Source: Squalus acanthias
Taxonomy: Eukaryota
Length of the DNA stretch: 64,000 nucleotides
NCBI GenBank assembly: GCA_030390025.1
Contig: CM059432.1
Coordinates: 24,306,001-24,370,000 of the forward strand
Reading direction: 5' to 3'
The stretch's first letter is position 1, and every line of letters starts with the position of its first letter. The notes under the pieces were generated by a model, which was given only the letters and a program-made list of their open reading frames with translations, was not told where the DNA came from and searched no databases. Made by a program: the position numbers and the translations under genes. This document shows, piece by piece, positions 1 to 12,711 of the stretch.

Positions 1-1548
1 TTTCGACCAAAATGTATCACTTCGTACTTTTCTGCGTTAAATTTCATCTGCCACGTGTCTGCCCATTCCACCAGCCTGTCTATGTCCTCTTGAAGTCTAT
101 CACTCTCCTCCTCACTGTTTACTATACTTCCAAGTTTTGTGTCATCTGCAAATTTTGAAACTGTGCCCTGTACACCTACATCCAAGTCATTAATATATAC
201 TAAGAAAAGCAGTGGTCCTAGTAACGACCCCTGGGAAACATCATTGTATCCCTTCCTCCAGTCCAAAAAACAAACGTTCACCATTACACCCTGTTTGCTG
301 TCACTTAGCCAATTTCGTATCCATACTGCCACTGTCCCTTTTATTCCATGGGCTTCAACTTTGCTGGCGAGCCTATTATGTGGTAATTTGTCGAGCGCCT
401 TTTGTAAATCCATGAACACCACGTCAACCGCATTGCCCTCATCAATCCTCTCTGTTACCTCATCAAAAAACTCAATGAAGTTGGTTAAACACGATTTGCC
501 TTTAACAAATCTGTGCTGGCTTTCCTTAATTAATTCACACTTGTCCAAGTGACTGTTAATTTTGTTTCTAAAAGCTTCTCCACTACCGAGGTTAAACTGA
601 CTGGCCTGTAGTTGCTGGTTTTATCTTTACACCCTTTTTTTGAACAAGGGTGTAACATTTGCAATTCTCCAGTCCAATGACACCACCCCCATTTCTAAGG
701 AGGATTGGAAGATTATGGCCAGTACCTCCGCGATTTCTTCCTTCACTTCCCTCAGCGTCCTAGGATGCATCCCATCTGGTCCTGGTGTTTTATCTACTTT
801 AAGTACAGCCAGCCTTTCTAGTACCTCCTCTTTATCAATTTTTATCCCATCCAGTATCTCCCCTACCTCCTCCTTTACTATGTCTATGGAGCATCCTCTT
901 CCTTGGTGAAGACAGATGCAAAGTACTCAGTTAGCACCTCAGCCATACCTTCTGCCTCCATGCGTAGGTCTCCTTTTTGGTCCCTAATGGGCTCCACCCC
1001 TCCTCTTGCCACCCATTTACTATTTATATGCCTATAGAAGACTTTTGAATTACCTTTTATGTTAGCTGCCATTCTATTCTCATACCCTCTCTTTGCCCCT
1101 CTTATTTTATTTTTCACTTCTCCTCTGAACTTTCTATATTTAGCCTGATTATCAGATGTATTCTTGACCTGACATCGGTCATACGCGCTCTTTTTCTGCT
1201 TCATCTTACTCTCTATCTCTTTCGTCATCCAGGAAGCTCTGATTTTAGTTGCCCTACCTTTCCCCCTAGTGGGAATGTACCTCGACTGTACCCAAACTAT
1301 TTTGTCTTTAAAGGCAGCCCATTGTTTCATTACAGATTTGCCTGCCAATCTTTGATTCCAATTTACCTGGGCCAGCTCCATTCTCATCCCATTGAAATTG
1401 GCCTTTGTCCAATTAGGTATTTTTATTCTAGATTGCTCTCTATTCTTTTCCATAGCTAATCTATACCTTATAATACTATGATCACTGTTCCCTAAATGTT
1501 CACCTACTGACACTTGCTCCACTTGACCCACCTCATTCCCCAGAACCA
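1..1548 (-). mobile_element. CR1 LINE ORF2 fragment (endonuclease C-terminus/linker to RT), frameshifted
   Basis: ORF 884..1531 has CR1 motifs HLGNSDH and AEVLTEYFASVFT; 1-900 is antisense RT sequence. Confidence 0.9.
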
Positions 1549-1612
1549 GATCTGTTTGTCAGGGATTCCGCAGCTGTTCCGCTGAACTTGCATAAGATTG
1601 TAAATCTACCCC

Positions 1613-2123
1613 TTTACAATTACATTTAAAATCTGCTTAATTTTATGTAGTACCTATACACACACATCTTTTTTTTGTACTAGTTACTGATACAACAGTC
1701 TATAAATTTGTGACTGAAGTACCAATAACTTCACAATTAATGTACTTTTTTAATTATGTTCTTGATCGTATTTGTAGATGGAGTCATATTATTTAATGAT
1801 CATTTGATTTAAATATTTCTTTGTCACTCATATATAACTTTTATTATATGATTGTACAGTAAAGATTCAGCACCCGCTATGTTAGATTGAACTTAAAATT
1901 TAATGTGGCCAGGGTCCCTTTAAGAATCCCAGTTTAAAACGCATCATGAGTGATGTCACCAGACCTGCTCCTTCTTATTGGGCCGGGTAACGTTCTGGAC
2001 GGGCTTAATAGGCCTCATTAAGGTAAGTTCACACTGTACAGCAGGATGGAGCCAGCAGCGGGGTAGGGAGCTGCCACGGACACTGGTTACACCAGACCCA
2101 CCCAGGTAAGGAAAACTCCGGTC
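1613..2123. mobile_element. Degenerate Harbinger-type MITE remnant(s)
   Basis: AT-rich core, GC-rich subterminal part, TIR-like end GGAAAACTCCGGTC at ~2123; another TIR-like end AAATCTACCCC at ~1601-1611. Confidence 0.4.
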
Positions 2124-2629
2124 AATGAAGTGGTGCAGAAACCCAGGCCAATTTTCTTGGGCTAAGAAGGGGTGGGGGAAGAGGAAGGGGAAAGCGCAAG
2201 AGTTTCTTCATCTGATCACTATCTTGTTGGAAGTGCACTTGTGTTGACATCGGTTTCTCCCTTGCTCTGCCAGTAGAGGAATAGTGTTGAGATGTTTGAA
2301 GAGCACGTATAATCACACCCAAATGCCCACCTTGCATCTCAGTAGACATGGGAGAAAAAACATGCATGAATCCAGTATGCTTCTTTGAAACTGTTGTCTT
2401 GCTGTCTCACTTTTACAGATGTTAATGCAACATTAGTTCAATTTTAAGTGGCAGTTAACAAGACAACGCTGCTGCAGTATGAGCATGTATGTGAAGCAAT
2501 GAAAGAGCAATTACAATGTTTGAATGCTTTGCATGCAGCTCAAATCAAGGTGTAATAGGTAGAGAAGGAACACTTTCTGACATGTATACTTTTGCCCTTC
2601 TATTATGCAAAAATACTGGGTACCTTTAC

Positions 2630-2860
2630 CCTGGCAGTTCTTCTGATGATGCCAACTTGTTCTCATCTGCACCCAGGTCCTCTGGGTGTTGAACACAGCA
2701 TCGATACTTTCCATAACTTCCTCCCATGCAGTCTGCACCAGTGCCCTGTGAGGAACGTGCCCTTCAGTGCCGATCAGGACAATGCTCCTTTTCCCCACTT
2801 CCTAAGAAGTTCCACAGCTGCATCAGGGAATGGAGCCATTATTGGAGCACACGCCACCCT
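2630..2860 (-). pseudogene. Decayed Harbinger Myb/SANT-like exon
   Basis: Translation includes FPDAAVELL and TAWEEVMESIDAVFNTQRTWVQMR, resembling the Myb exon 1 at 14301-14540 and 63556-63792; ends at AGG|gtaaag. Confidence 0.6.
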
Positions 2861-3129
2861 GTTTCAGTAAATGCAATGATTTCCTGCTTCCCATCTTCAT
2901 CCTGCAGAAAGAATTCAGCTTGCTTCTCATTTTAGCTGCAGCCCTTTACGAATTGCAGCTATGCAGGATTTCTCGCACCACCATTAAGGGAGGTCCAATC
3001 CAGGCAGCGTCGCACTGCCTATATAATTAGGCCAGTCTGGACGATCTGACTGGGCTGGTTGTTCCAGGTTCATACAAATGGAATTCAATCCCTCAGCCCA
3101 AGCTTTGGGACTGGACAATTTATGCTACA

Positions 3130-3445
3130 GTTCCATGGGCAACAGTACTTTGCCCAAGTGGTCTTTTTTTCATAATCCTCACGTAAGTGAGGATAGGTGA
3201 GCTATTCCGCATGAGAGGTGATCAGAGCCAAGACCAATCCTCTCCTTGCTTCATGTCCACACATGCGAAATTTCAACCTGGACCAGGAATCCTGGCCGAT
3301 TTTTCTCCTTAGTGAGGACAATTGTCACTCTCCCAATGCCACCCCCAACTGAGAATGGCTAACTCAGCAGAAACCAAGGATTGAATCTGGGTCCTTCTTA
3401 TATGCAGCTCAATGCCAGATGATGCATTTACCCAGTAATCCATCA
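3130..3445 (-). mobile_element. Old tRNA-derived SINE (family unassigned)
   Basis: Minus-strand head with A-box-like and B-box-like (GATTCAATCC) motifs; body similar to 8820-9080. Confidence 0.5.
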
Positions 3446-3584
3446 ATAGTTGGGGATTCTACCTCCTTATGTTAATTTATCAGAGAAAAATAAACCTGTT
3501 CTCTCGACGCAGTTCCTTCCTTACATCCCTTCTGTAAGGGATTTTTTCATTTTATTACTGTACATTTGAAAATGCAGTCTTCAT

Positions 3585-4720
3585 TCATAGGAACATAGGA
3601 ACATAGGAACAGGAGTCGGCCATTCAGCCTCTCAAGCCTGTTCTCCCATTCGATGAGATCATGGCTGATTTGTGACCTTACTCCATATACCCGCCTTTGC
3701 CCCATATCCCTTAATACCATTGGTTAACAAAAATCTATCAATCTCAGATTTAAAACTAACAATTGATCTAACATCAATTGCCATTTGTGGAAGAGAGTTC
3801 CAAACTTCTACCACCCTTTGTGTGTAGAAGTGTTTCTAATTTCACTTCTGAAAGGTCTGGCTCTAATTTTTAGACTATGCCCCCTAGTCCGACACAGATC
3901 CCTGCAGGACACCACTAGTCACATCCTGCAAATTAGAGTACCTGCCCATTATCCCTACTCTCGGTCTCCTGCCTTTCAGCCAATTTTCTAACGAGGTCAA
4001 TAATTTATCTTCAATTCCATGGGCATCAACCTTAGTTCACAGTCTCTGATGCGGGACTTTATCAAATGCCTTCTGGAAGTCCATATAAATAACATCCATA
4101 GACATTCCCCTGTCCACTACTTTAGCCACCGCTTCAAAAAATTCAATCAGGTTCGTCAGGCATGACCTACCCTTTGCAAATCCATGCTAGCTCTCTCTGA
4201 TCAGCTGAAAATTTTCAAGGTGTTCAGTCACCCTATCCTTAATTATAGACTCTAGTAATTTCCCGACAACAGATGTTAGTCTAACTGGTCTATAATTCCC
4301 TGGTTTCCCTCTCCATTCTTAAATAGAGGAGTGACATGCGTAATTTTTCAATCTAAAGGGATGGTTGCTGAATCGAGAGAACTTTGGAAGATTATAGTTA
4401 GAGCGTCTGCAATGTGCTCACCTACTTCCTTAAATTCCTGGGATGGAAACCATCTGATCCTGGGGATTTGTCACTCTTTAGTGCCGTTATTTTCTTTATT
4501 ACTGTTATTTTGGTCACATTAATTTTATTGAGTCCCTGTCCCTGATTCAATATCAGTTTCCTTGGGATTTCCGGCATGCTATCCTCTTCCTCTACTGTAA
4601 ATACTGACGCAAAGTAATTATTCAACATGTCCACTATTTCCTTATTATCATTGACAATATCACCAATATGAGTTTTCAAGGTGCCTACATTGCTCCTGAC
4701 CACCCTCTTTTTCCTAATAT
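3585..4720 (-). mobile_element. CR1 LINE fragment with 3' tail and internal deletion
   Basis: (CATAGGAA)n tail at 3586-3610; ORF 4422..4703 MLNNYFASVFT...DKSPGSDGFHPR. Confidence 0.85.
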
Positions 4721-5771
4721 AATTGCACTAATATTACTAAATGACTCACTAAGTCATCATGCACAAATTTCAAGGAACAAATGTGTATCTGTCCATAAAC
4801 ATACTGGATTTCTAACATGCTCTAAAACTCAATGTCAGCATCTGGTAACAATGTTCCTTTAGCTGGCCCAAGTCTGCGAACATTGAATTATTAGAATTCA
4901 ATGAGCCTTGCAGTGTTGCATCCCTTAAGTAATCATGCTATTATAAAACAGGCATGCAAGGTCTGGCCACTCTTAAAGCAGGTCTTACTTTTGGAGCAAC
5001 AGTACATTCAGTCTCCAAGCTGCATTAGTACGTCTTGCGTGCCAGGTATCTAGCACTAACTGCTAAAATCTGTAACATTTTACAGATGCTTCTGACCTTT
5101 ATTCAGACAAAGGCACTGAGGGTGTGTTCTCCTCAGTCCCTACTTGAAGATCAATTTTAAACTCAGCCAATCTATCAAAGTCTTAAGTGCAGAGGCATTA
5201 CTTTCCAACTTCACAGCATCTGATTCACATCACTGACTATCCTAGAGCAATCTTCAGGAAATGAGCAGAGCTCAGGCTCGAGTTCCATTGAGTTTATAAA
5301 GGGGATGTCATTCTGTAAGCTGAATTTCCTGACAGGTGAGCCTAGATATTGCCATTGGCGATATCATTGGGTGAGCACTTAACAAGTCTTTGTGACATTC
5401 TTCTGCCTGCTATTTTAGTGGAGGTGTTAACCCGTTTAAATTAAACTGGTTAAAGCTTGTGTCAAAAATATACCAGGCAGATGAAATCATATGAATATGT
5501 TAAGCATTTTCCCACTGTTATCACTCACAGTAATTTCTAGACTATAGTTCCTTGATAGTGTAGGGAAGAAAATGAAGACAAAATGGCTTGGTTTAGAAAT
5601 GTAAGCCCCTTAGGCTAACCCAGATGATATTGTACCATACATCTCCACACCTCCTATTACTCCCTATCTGGAATGCTTAAATAGTTTAGTGAGGGCAGCT
5701 GGAGCAATGGTTCATTTGACAAATTCACTGCCCAGTGCAGAAGCAAGCCTTAAAGAACAATAAATTCCTAC

Positions 5772-6314
5772 GGGGCGATTTTAAACCTACCTGCCCAATG
5801 GAAACCAGGTGAGTGGACAATTTAAATTGCCCAGGGTACCCACGGCCACCCGAATACCACCGACCGTGATTTTTACAGAAGCTTCGGGACAGGGAGCTAA
5901 GCCACCCGCTGGCGGGATCCTTCTTTAAATATGCAGAATGAGGTCGAATGATAACTACAATTTCTAACTCAGGTCTAAGCAGGGAAGTTGCAGCGGCTTG
6001 AAGAGAGTCGGGTCCACCAAAAAGATGAAGAGGCCCAAACTGGTAAATATTTTTATTTCCTTTGTGGGGCTAGGAGGTGCAGGAGCCTCCCCTGCTCTGG
6101 TCTCCCCGCAACCTTCCCTCCTGGAACCCCCTGCCCCACACTTACCCGAGTGCTGGCAGCTTCTTTCCCCCCCACCACCATTTCCTGCCCATTACGGGTA
6201 GGAAGTGAACTGGCTACATGTTAATATACCCTGGGCCTGAGTTCTGCAGCAGCAGGTGAGGTCAACTCACCGCGACACCTACCCGCCTAAATCCCACCGG
6301 AGTTAAAATTGGGG
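5772..6314. mobile_element. Harbinger-type MITE
   Basis: Starts GGGGCGATTTTAAAC, ends GTTAAAATTGGGG, TAC on both flanks. Confidence 0.55.
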
Positions 6315-6354
6315 TACTGGGTTTGATCTAAGCTGAGTTAAGTGATACATCGGA

Positions 6355-6680
6355 AACTCATAGAGGTTAAAACACGGAACCAAGCCACTCAGCCCAACCA
6401 GTCCGTGTCCACATGAGCAAATAGTCCTATTCACATTTTCCTGACATATTCCTATATCTCTTTATCCCATTTTCCTTCACCCACCTATTTAATCTAATAT
6501 TGACAGTTGGCATAGTTTCTGCCTCAACCACAAAGCCTGGAAGTGAATTCAACAGCCTCCCAGCTCTCTGTCCAAAGGCATTTCTCTTGCTCTCTGTTCT
6601 AAATCTATTGCGTTTATCTATGGCAAGTCATTGTAGACCCTCCAATTACTGGAAACAGTCTTCATCTATCTACCATATCT
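6355..6680 (-). mobile_element. Degenerate CR1 3' end
   Basis: Similar to other CR1 3' UTRs in the window (gccactcagcccaaccagtcc). Confidence 0.55.
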
Positions 6681-6954
6681 TTGAGCTCCAACCATATTGA
6701 ATCTCTTTGTTCAATTGTACTTGGCTGTGATGCCATCACAATTGAATAATATACTGACACTTGGAACGAGATTTTATGCTCAGTTTTGATGTCAGTGGCA
6801 GTACATTGGGGCGGGAATTCACCCTGCTGCAAGGGTGTGCCCCTAACCCCAGTTAATTTTCCAAGCATTGGCATTTTTTGGCAGACTCCCTGGCCTCTGT
6901 CAGTGAGTTCTTCTGTTGGGAGAGGAGGGATTGGCTGTGGGAACCACCAAGGAA

Positions 6955-7972
6955 TAATCTCAGCTCCAGGACATTGCTGCAGGAGTTTCTCAGGGCAGTG
7001 TCCCAGGCCCAACCATCTTCAGCTGCTTTATCAATGACCTTCCCTTCATCATAAGGTCAGAAGTAGGGATGTTCGTTGATGATTGCACAGTGTTCAGTTC
7101 CATTTGCAAGTCCTCAGATATTGAAGCAGCTCGTGCCCGCATGCAGCAAGACCTGGACAACATTCAGGCTTGGGCTGATAAGTGGCAAGTAACTTTCGCG
7201 CCACACAAGTGCCAGGCAATGACTATCTCCAACAAGAGAGAGTCTAATCACCACCCTTGGCATTCAATGGCATTACCATCGCCGATTCCCCCACCATCAA
7301 CATCCTGAGGGTCACCATTGACCAGAAACTTAACTGGACCAGACACATAAATACAGTGGTCACAAGAGAGGGTCAGAAGCTGGGTATTCTGTGGCGAGTG
7401 TCTCACCTCCTGACTCCCCAAAGCCTTTCCACCATCTACAAGGCACAAGTCAGGAGTGTGATGGAATACTCTCCACTTGCCTGGATGAGTGCAGCTCCAA
7501 CAGGTCTCAAGAAGCTTGACACCACCCAGGACAAAGCAGCCCGCTTGATTGGCACCCCGTCCACCACCTTAAATATTCACTTGCTCCACCACTGGTGAGT
7601 GGCTGCAGTGTGCACCATCTACAAGATGCACTGCAGCAACTCGCCAAGGCTTCTTCGACAGCACCCCCCAAACCCGCAACCTCTGCCACTTAGAAGGACG
7701 AGGGCAGCAGGCACATGGGAACACCATCATCTGCAAGTTCCCCTCCAAGTCACACACCATCCTGACTTGGAAATATATCGCTGTTCCTTCATCGCTGCTG
7801 GGTGAAAATCCTGGAACTCCCTCCCTAACAGCACTGTGGGAGTATCTTCACCACACGGACTGCAGCGGTTGAAGTAGGTGGCTCACTACCACCTTCTCAG
7901 GGGCAATTAGGAATGGGCAGTAAATGCTGGCTTTGCCAGTGATGCCTACATCCCAGGAATGAATTTTTTTTA
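6955..7972 (+). mobile_element. CR1-clade (Zenon-like) LINE 3' fragment
   Basis: RT remnants PQGSVxGP, FVDDCT, YKAQVRSVMEYSPLAW; 3' end shared with four other copies. Confidence 0.85.
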
Positions 7973-8819
7973 AATGCCAATCTTTCATCGATTCATTCAA
8001 TCGACCTTCTAGTGGACATTGGCCCACAGCGCAAACTGCCCCTAACTCTGCATTAATTGGCTCCAAACTGGCATTCTCACTCAAAGTGGTGTCTGGCTGG
8101 TGTGAGGAATGGGGGTGGATTTTGACTTTGTGCAATAATGTAAAATGGGTGATAGCGAATCGGCAGCCCATTTTACACCTCTCCTGATTTTTATTTCTAT
8201 TGACCTCAGTGGAAATTGAACATTTCCCAGAAGTAACCTCAGTTTGATAAGCACAAAATTCATAATTCAAAAGCAAAAATAAATCCTGACAGCTTTTACT
8301 AATTCTCCTTAATCATGGGAAATATTATTTTGGTGTACGAGGTAAATAAAGCATCTTTGCCTGTGCTGGGGAGCATTCTCAGTGACGAGCACCATTGAGA
8401 CTTGTGATCCTAAAACTATGACAGAGCAGTGCTAGTAGAAAGCCAATGATGCATACAAAAAATGTTAAGACACATCAGCCGTTTTGAAGGAGAAACTGAT
8501 GATTTTTGACACATACACAGGAAATGCTAAACCTACATTATTCCATATTTATACATCTCAATCAATATTTTAATACTTAATCTTTGTCACAGAAACCTTG
8601 ACTCACCTTCTTCTGAACTCTAATTTTCCTTGTCTGCATGTATTACAGGGGTGTAAGCATAGCAAAAATAATAAAACTTATAATGTTTTTATGAAGATTA
8701 ATGTTAATCATAGGGAAGGCTTTTTCTTTTCCCAATTTCCTTCCTCCCTGAAGGTTCACAGGTGTCAGCTGCCCCTTCAGTATCTCACACGTGGCCAATT
8801 TTCATCTTTGTGCTTAAGC

Positions 8820-9080
8820 AATGAGTGTCACCTGGCTATTTGACCATGTCAGGGAATCACAGCCAGCGATGGCCCTGTACTCACTTGTCATCTCTAAATG
8901 CATAGTTTCCAGCAGGAGTCACCAGATAGTGATTGGGAGTAGGAACCCTGGATGATGTTTTCTTTTCCCTAGCCCCAGAGTATTGTGGTCTAACTATAGC
9001 ACTTTAACTGCCACTCTGGTTGAAATATCAGCATAGACCAAGACCCAAACCTGGGGCTTTCTGGGTCTCTCTGGTTCAGT
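8820..9080 (-). mobile_element. Old tRNA-derived SINE, same family as 3130-3445
   Basis: Shared body (ggaaccctggatga...ccctagccccag) and B-box-like head. Confidence 0.45.
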
Positions 9081-9459
9081 GACACAATAGGCAGGGGACC
9101 ACAGAGATTGATAAAATCTAAAAGGTACCTACAGATGAGGAAGATTGTTTGACCTATCCCAGCTCAATTATCAAGCAAGAATCTACAGTCCCCAATTACA
9201 CCAACTGATTGTCTCTTAAATCCATGGCATCTTGACTCCGCAACCCTACCCATGTGCTGACCACTCTTTCTGCGAGGAAGAACTTATTGACATTAGTTCA
9301 AGATTTGCCTTTATATAGAAATAACAAAAGGTGAAATGATCACAAATTATTTTGCTCTTTATTGCTATAGCAAGAGTGTTTATATTTATCCTCCTACTCA
9401 CATTTATTTTATTCCCCATGTGAGGGCATCACATGGTGACTGCAGCCATCAAGCCAGTT

Positions 9460-11312
9460 ACATAGACCGTATGAATTAGGAGCAGGAGTAGGCCATATGG
9501 CCCATCGAGCCTGATCCGCTATTCAATAAGATCATGGCTGATCTTCGGCCTCAACTCCACTTTCCCGCTTGATCCCCATATCCCTTAATTCCCCTAGAGT
9601 CCAAAAGTATATCTATCTCAGCCTTGAATATACTCAATGGGCAGAATTTTCATTGACCCGTGGAGAGGGTTTGGAGGCATGTGGGGGGTTAAAATTGTTG
9701 ATTCGGAGGTCCCGAACCCATCCCGCCCCCAACCCGCCTCCATGCCAGTTTCACAGGAGGCGGGTACCCGACCTGTGCTGGGACCGCCTCCCCGAGGCAG
9801 GAAGGGGATTAGTGCCAATAAACTGCCTGTTAACAGGTAGTTAACAGGCAGTTTTTTGCCTAATCCCTATTTTTAGCCCTGAAGTGTGGGCTTCCCGACA
9901 GGTCTGAACCACACCGTTTTAGCGAGGTGCACCGTGGGTCTGCAGGGGTTGGAGGGGTCGATATATCCGGTGGGCAGGTGAGTGATGGGTGCATGTGTGC
10001 AGAGGTAAGTGTGTAAGGTAAGTGTAAAGTGTGGAAAAAAGTTTTACTTACCTTAACTTCCTCCTGCAGGTGTCAGTCCTTCAGGTCTCGGGAGTCAGAA
10101 ATCTCACTGGCAAAGAAAGCAGAATGGCCGTTGAGCTGTCAAAAGGTGCAGTCTCTGCTTTTTGTTCTGCAGAGATCTCTAAATCAGCCTGAGAGGAAGG
10201 AATTAACTTAGAGTACAGATTGTCAGTGTTTGACAGCTTCAAGGAGCTGTCAAACGCTTATATTTCATCTGTCAAAAGCTCTTGACAGATGAAATGTCAA
10301 TCTGTGACGTCACCTGTTGCCGGGTGGTCCTTAATTGGCCTGCTGAGCCCGCTGGGCGGGCTCAACAAGGTCAATCAAGGGAAAATCGAGTGGGTTGGCC
10401 ACAAGTCGATGGAGGCGGGACTACAACCCAAAAGGTGGGCGTCCCGCCTCCATCACGTCCCCATTGACAAAATCCAGCCCATAGACTCAGCATCCACAGC
10501 CCTTTCGGGGAGAGAATTCCAAAGATTCACAACCCTCCGAGTGAAGACATTTTTCCTTATCTCAGTCTTAAATGGCCAACCCCTTATCCTGAGACTATGC
10601 CCCCTAGTTCTAGACTCTCCAGCCAGGGGAAACAACCTCTCAGCATCTACCCTGTCAATCGCCTTCAGAATCTTATATGTTTCAATGAGATCAGCTCTCA
10701 TTCTTCTAAACTTCTGAGAGTATAGGCTCAGTCTACTCAATCTCTCCTCATAGGACAACCCTCTCATCCCAGAGATCAATCTAGTGAACCTTCGTTGCAC
10801 CACCTCTAAGGCATGTATGTACTTTCTCAGATAAGGAAACCAAAACTGTGCACAGTACTCCAGGTGTAGTCTCACCAACGCCCTGTACAATTGTGGTAAG
10901 ACTTCCTTACTCTTGTAATCCAACCCCCTTGCAATAAAGACCAACATGTAATTTGCCTTCCTAATTGCTTGCTGTACCTGCATGCTAACTTTCTGTGTTT
11001 CCTGTATGAGGCTGCCTAAGTCTCTCTGAACACCAACATTTAATAATTTCTTACCATTTAATAAATATTCTGTTTTCTATTCTTCCTACCAAAGTGAATA
11101 ACCTCACATTTCCCCACATTATACTCCATCTGCCTCCTTCTTGACCATTCACTTAACCTGTCTATATCCCTTTGCAGGCTCTTTGCATCTTCCTCACAGC
11201 TTACTTTTCCACCTAGCTTTGTATCGTCAGCAAACTTGAATACATTGCACTCAGTCCCTTCATCTAAGTCATTAGTATAGACTGCAAATAGCTGAGACCC
11301 AAGCACTGATCC
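9460..11312 (-). mobile_element. CR1 LINE 3' part, interrupted by a MITE at 9639-10480
   Basis: ORFs 11058..11336 (KFADDTKLGG) and 10453..10983 (LEYCAQFWFP, NLWNSLP). Confidence 0.9.
9639..10480. mobile_element. Harbinger-type MITE (same family as 57620-58464, opposite orientation)
   Basis: Ends GGGCAGAATTTT / AAAATCCAGCCC; interrupts CR1 ctcaat^gactcagc. Confidence 0.85.
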
Positions 11313-11319
11313 TTTTGTG

Positions 11320-11402
11320 TATTGAAAAGCCGGCAAGCCGGCTGCGCGGGTTCACTGGAGCGCTGTGTGGCCATGCGGCCGTGCAGCTTACGGGGAACAT
11401 TG
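11320..11402 (-). mobile_element. Possible hAT-like element terminus
   Basis: Reverse complement begins CAATGTTCCCCGTAAGCTGC, resembling hAT TIRs; only one end seen. Confidence 0.3.
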
Positions 11403-12193
11403 AGCAGGAATAGGCCATACGGCCTCTCGAGCCTGCTCCATCATTCAATAAGATCATGGCTGATCTACCTCAACTCCACTTTCCTGCACATATCCCTTGA
11501 ATCCCTTACTGTCCAACAATCTATCGATCTCAGTCTTGAATATACTCAATGACTGAGCATTCACAGCCCTCTGAGGCAGAGAATTCCAAAGATTCACAGC
11601 CCTCTGAGTGAAGAAATTTCTCCTCATCTCAGTCCTAAATTGTCGACCCCTTATCCTGAGACTATGGGCTCGATTTTCATAGGGCCGTTGAGGCGGGATT
11701 GGAGGCGAGTGGGGGGTTAAAATTGGAAAAAATGGCGGGCGGGCCCGATCCTGCACCCATCCCGCCTCCGCTGAATTTTCCCAGGTGCGCGTTTTCAGAT
11801 CCAGTTCCCGACCCACCTCCAAGAGGCGGGATAGGCCCTTAAGGCCATGGACAAGCTCCTAATTGGCTCCATAGTGCCATTTTCACAGGCTTTTCGATTT
11901 TTACCAGTTTTCCACATGATGCACGCCTCCTCTGAAACACGACGGTGAAACCTGGCGGGTACACATTTGGCTTGCTGGCTTTCAGCTGCAGCTCCACCAT
12001 TAAGGAGTAGTTTGGAGCAATCATCATTTGCAGGTGGCAGAACTTAGTTGTTTCAGGTCTGAGGAAACTTTAGCAGGCCTACTCATTGTTGTGGAAGTTT
12101 GGAGCCTGACACCCATCTCCAGTGTGAGCTTCTGGAAAACTCCTCACCCCACCCTGACTCAGCGCTTCCTCAACTGAGGCATCTACCAGAAGA

Positions 12194-12355
12194 ATGGGAA
12201 CCATTCGGTTCCTTTCCCCCTGGACATCAGATGAGGATGAGCAGGAGGGAGAAAACGAACATCTGGCAGAGGCGCATCAACCAGCGGCAGCAATACGCGA
12301 GACCATTGCTGGCCGGGACGCAAGGAACGCACTCATCTTGGCCAGATTTGCCTAG
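12194..12355 (+). pseudogene. 53-aa remnant of Harbinger transposase (start fused to acidic C-terminus)
   Basis: MGTIRFLSPWTSDEDEQEGENE...GRDARNALILARFA* resembles the C-terminus ...EEDEDDD...AVRQRLIASRF* of ORF 60285..61514. Confidence 0.65.
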
Positions 12356-12711
12356 CCTAGCCAAGCAACCACTTGTGCCTCGCAGCTTCTTGCCACAACA
12401 TCGTTAATGGCCAGGACCCATCGTCTTCCTAGCACTCTGACCATCATTCTGACAACTGCTACTCCTCCTAAGCCCGCAATGTGGAAGTCCCAATAACGAG
12501 ATGACACAGGCCACAACTGCAGCAGTAGCCAACAGATTTGTTATTTACAGGAAGCTACTGATGGCTTATCACAATGAAACATAACATTTCACCCAAGTGA
12601 CAAACCTTGTGACTATTTGTGCAGTTTCTTTCTCTTACGCGTGCTTCTACGTGGTGGTTCCCCCTTGGCATCAGCAGATGTGGAGGCCCCTTGCTCACTC
12701 TGTTGCTGCTC

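Noticed and set aside
139..552. Plus-strand 137-aa ORF and similar ORFs opposite LINEs
   Set aside because: Antisense frames of CR1/L2/RTE reverse transcriptase sequence.
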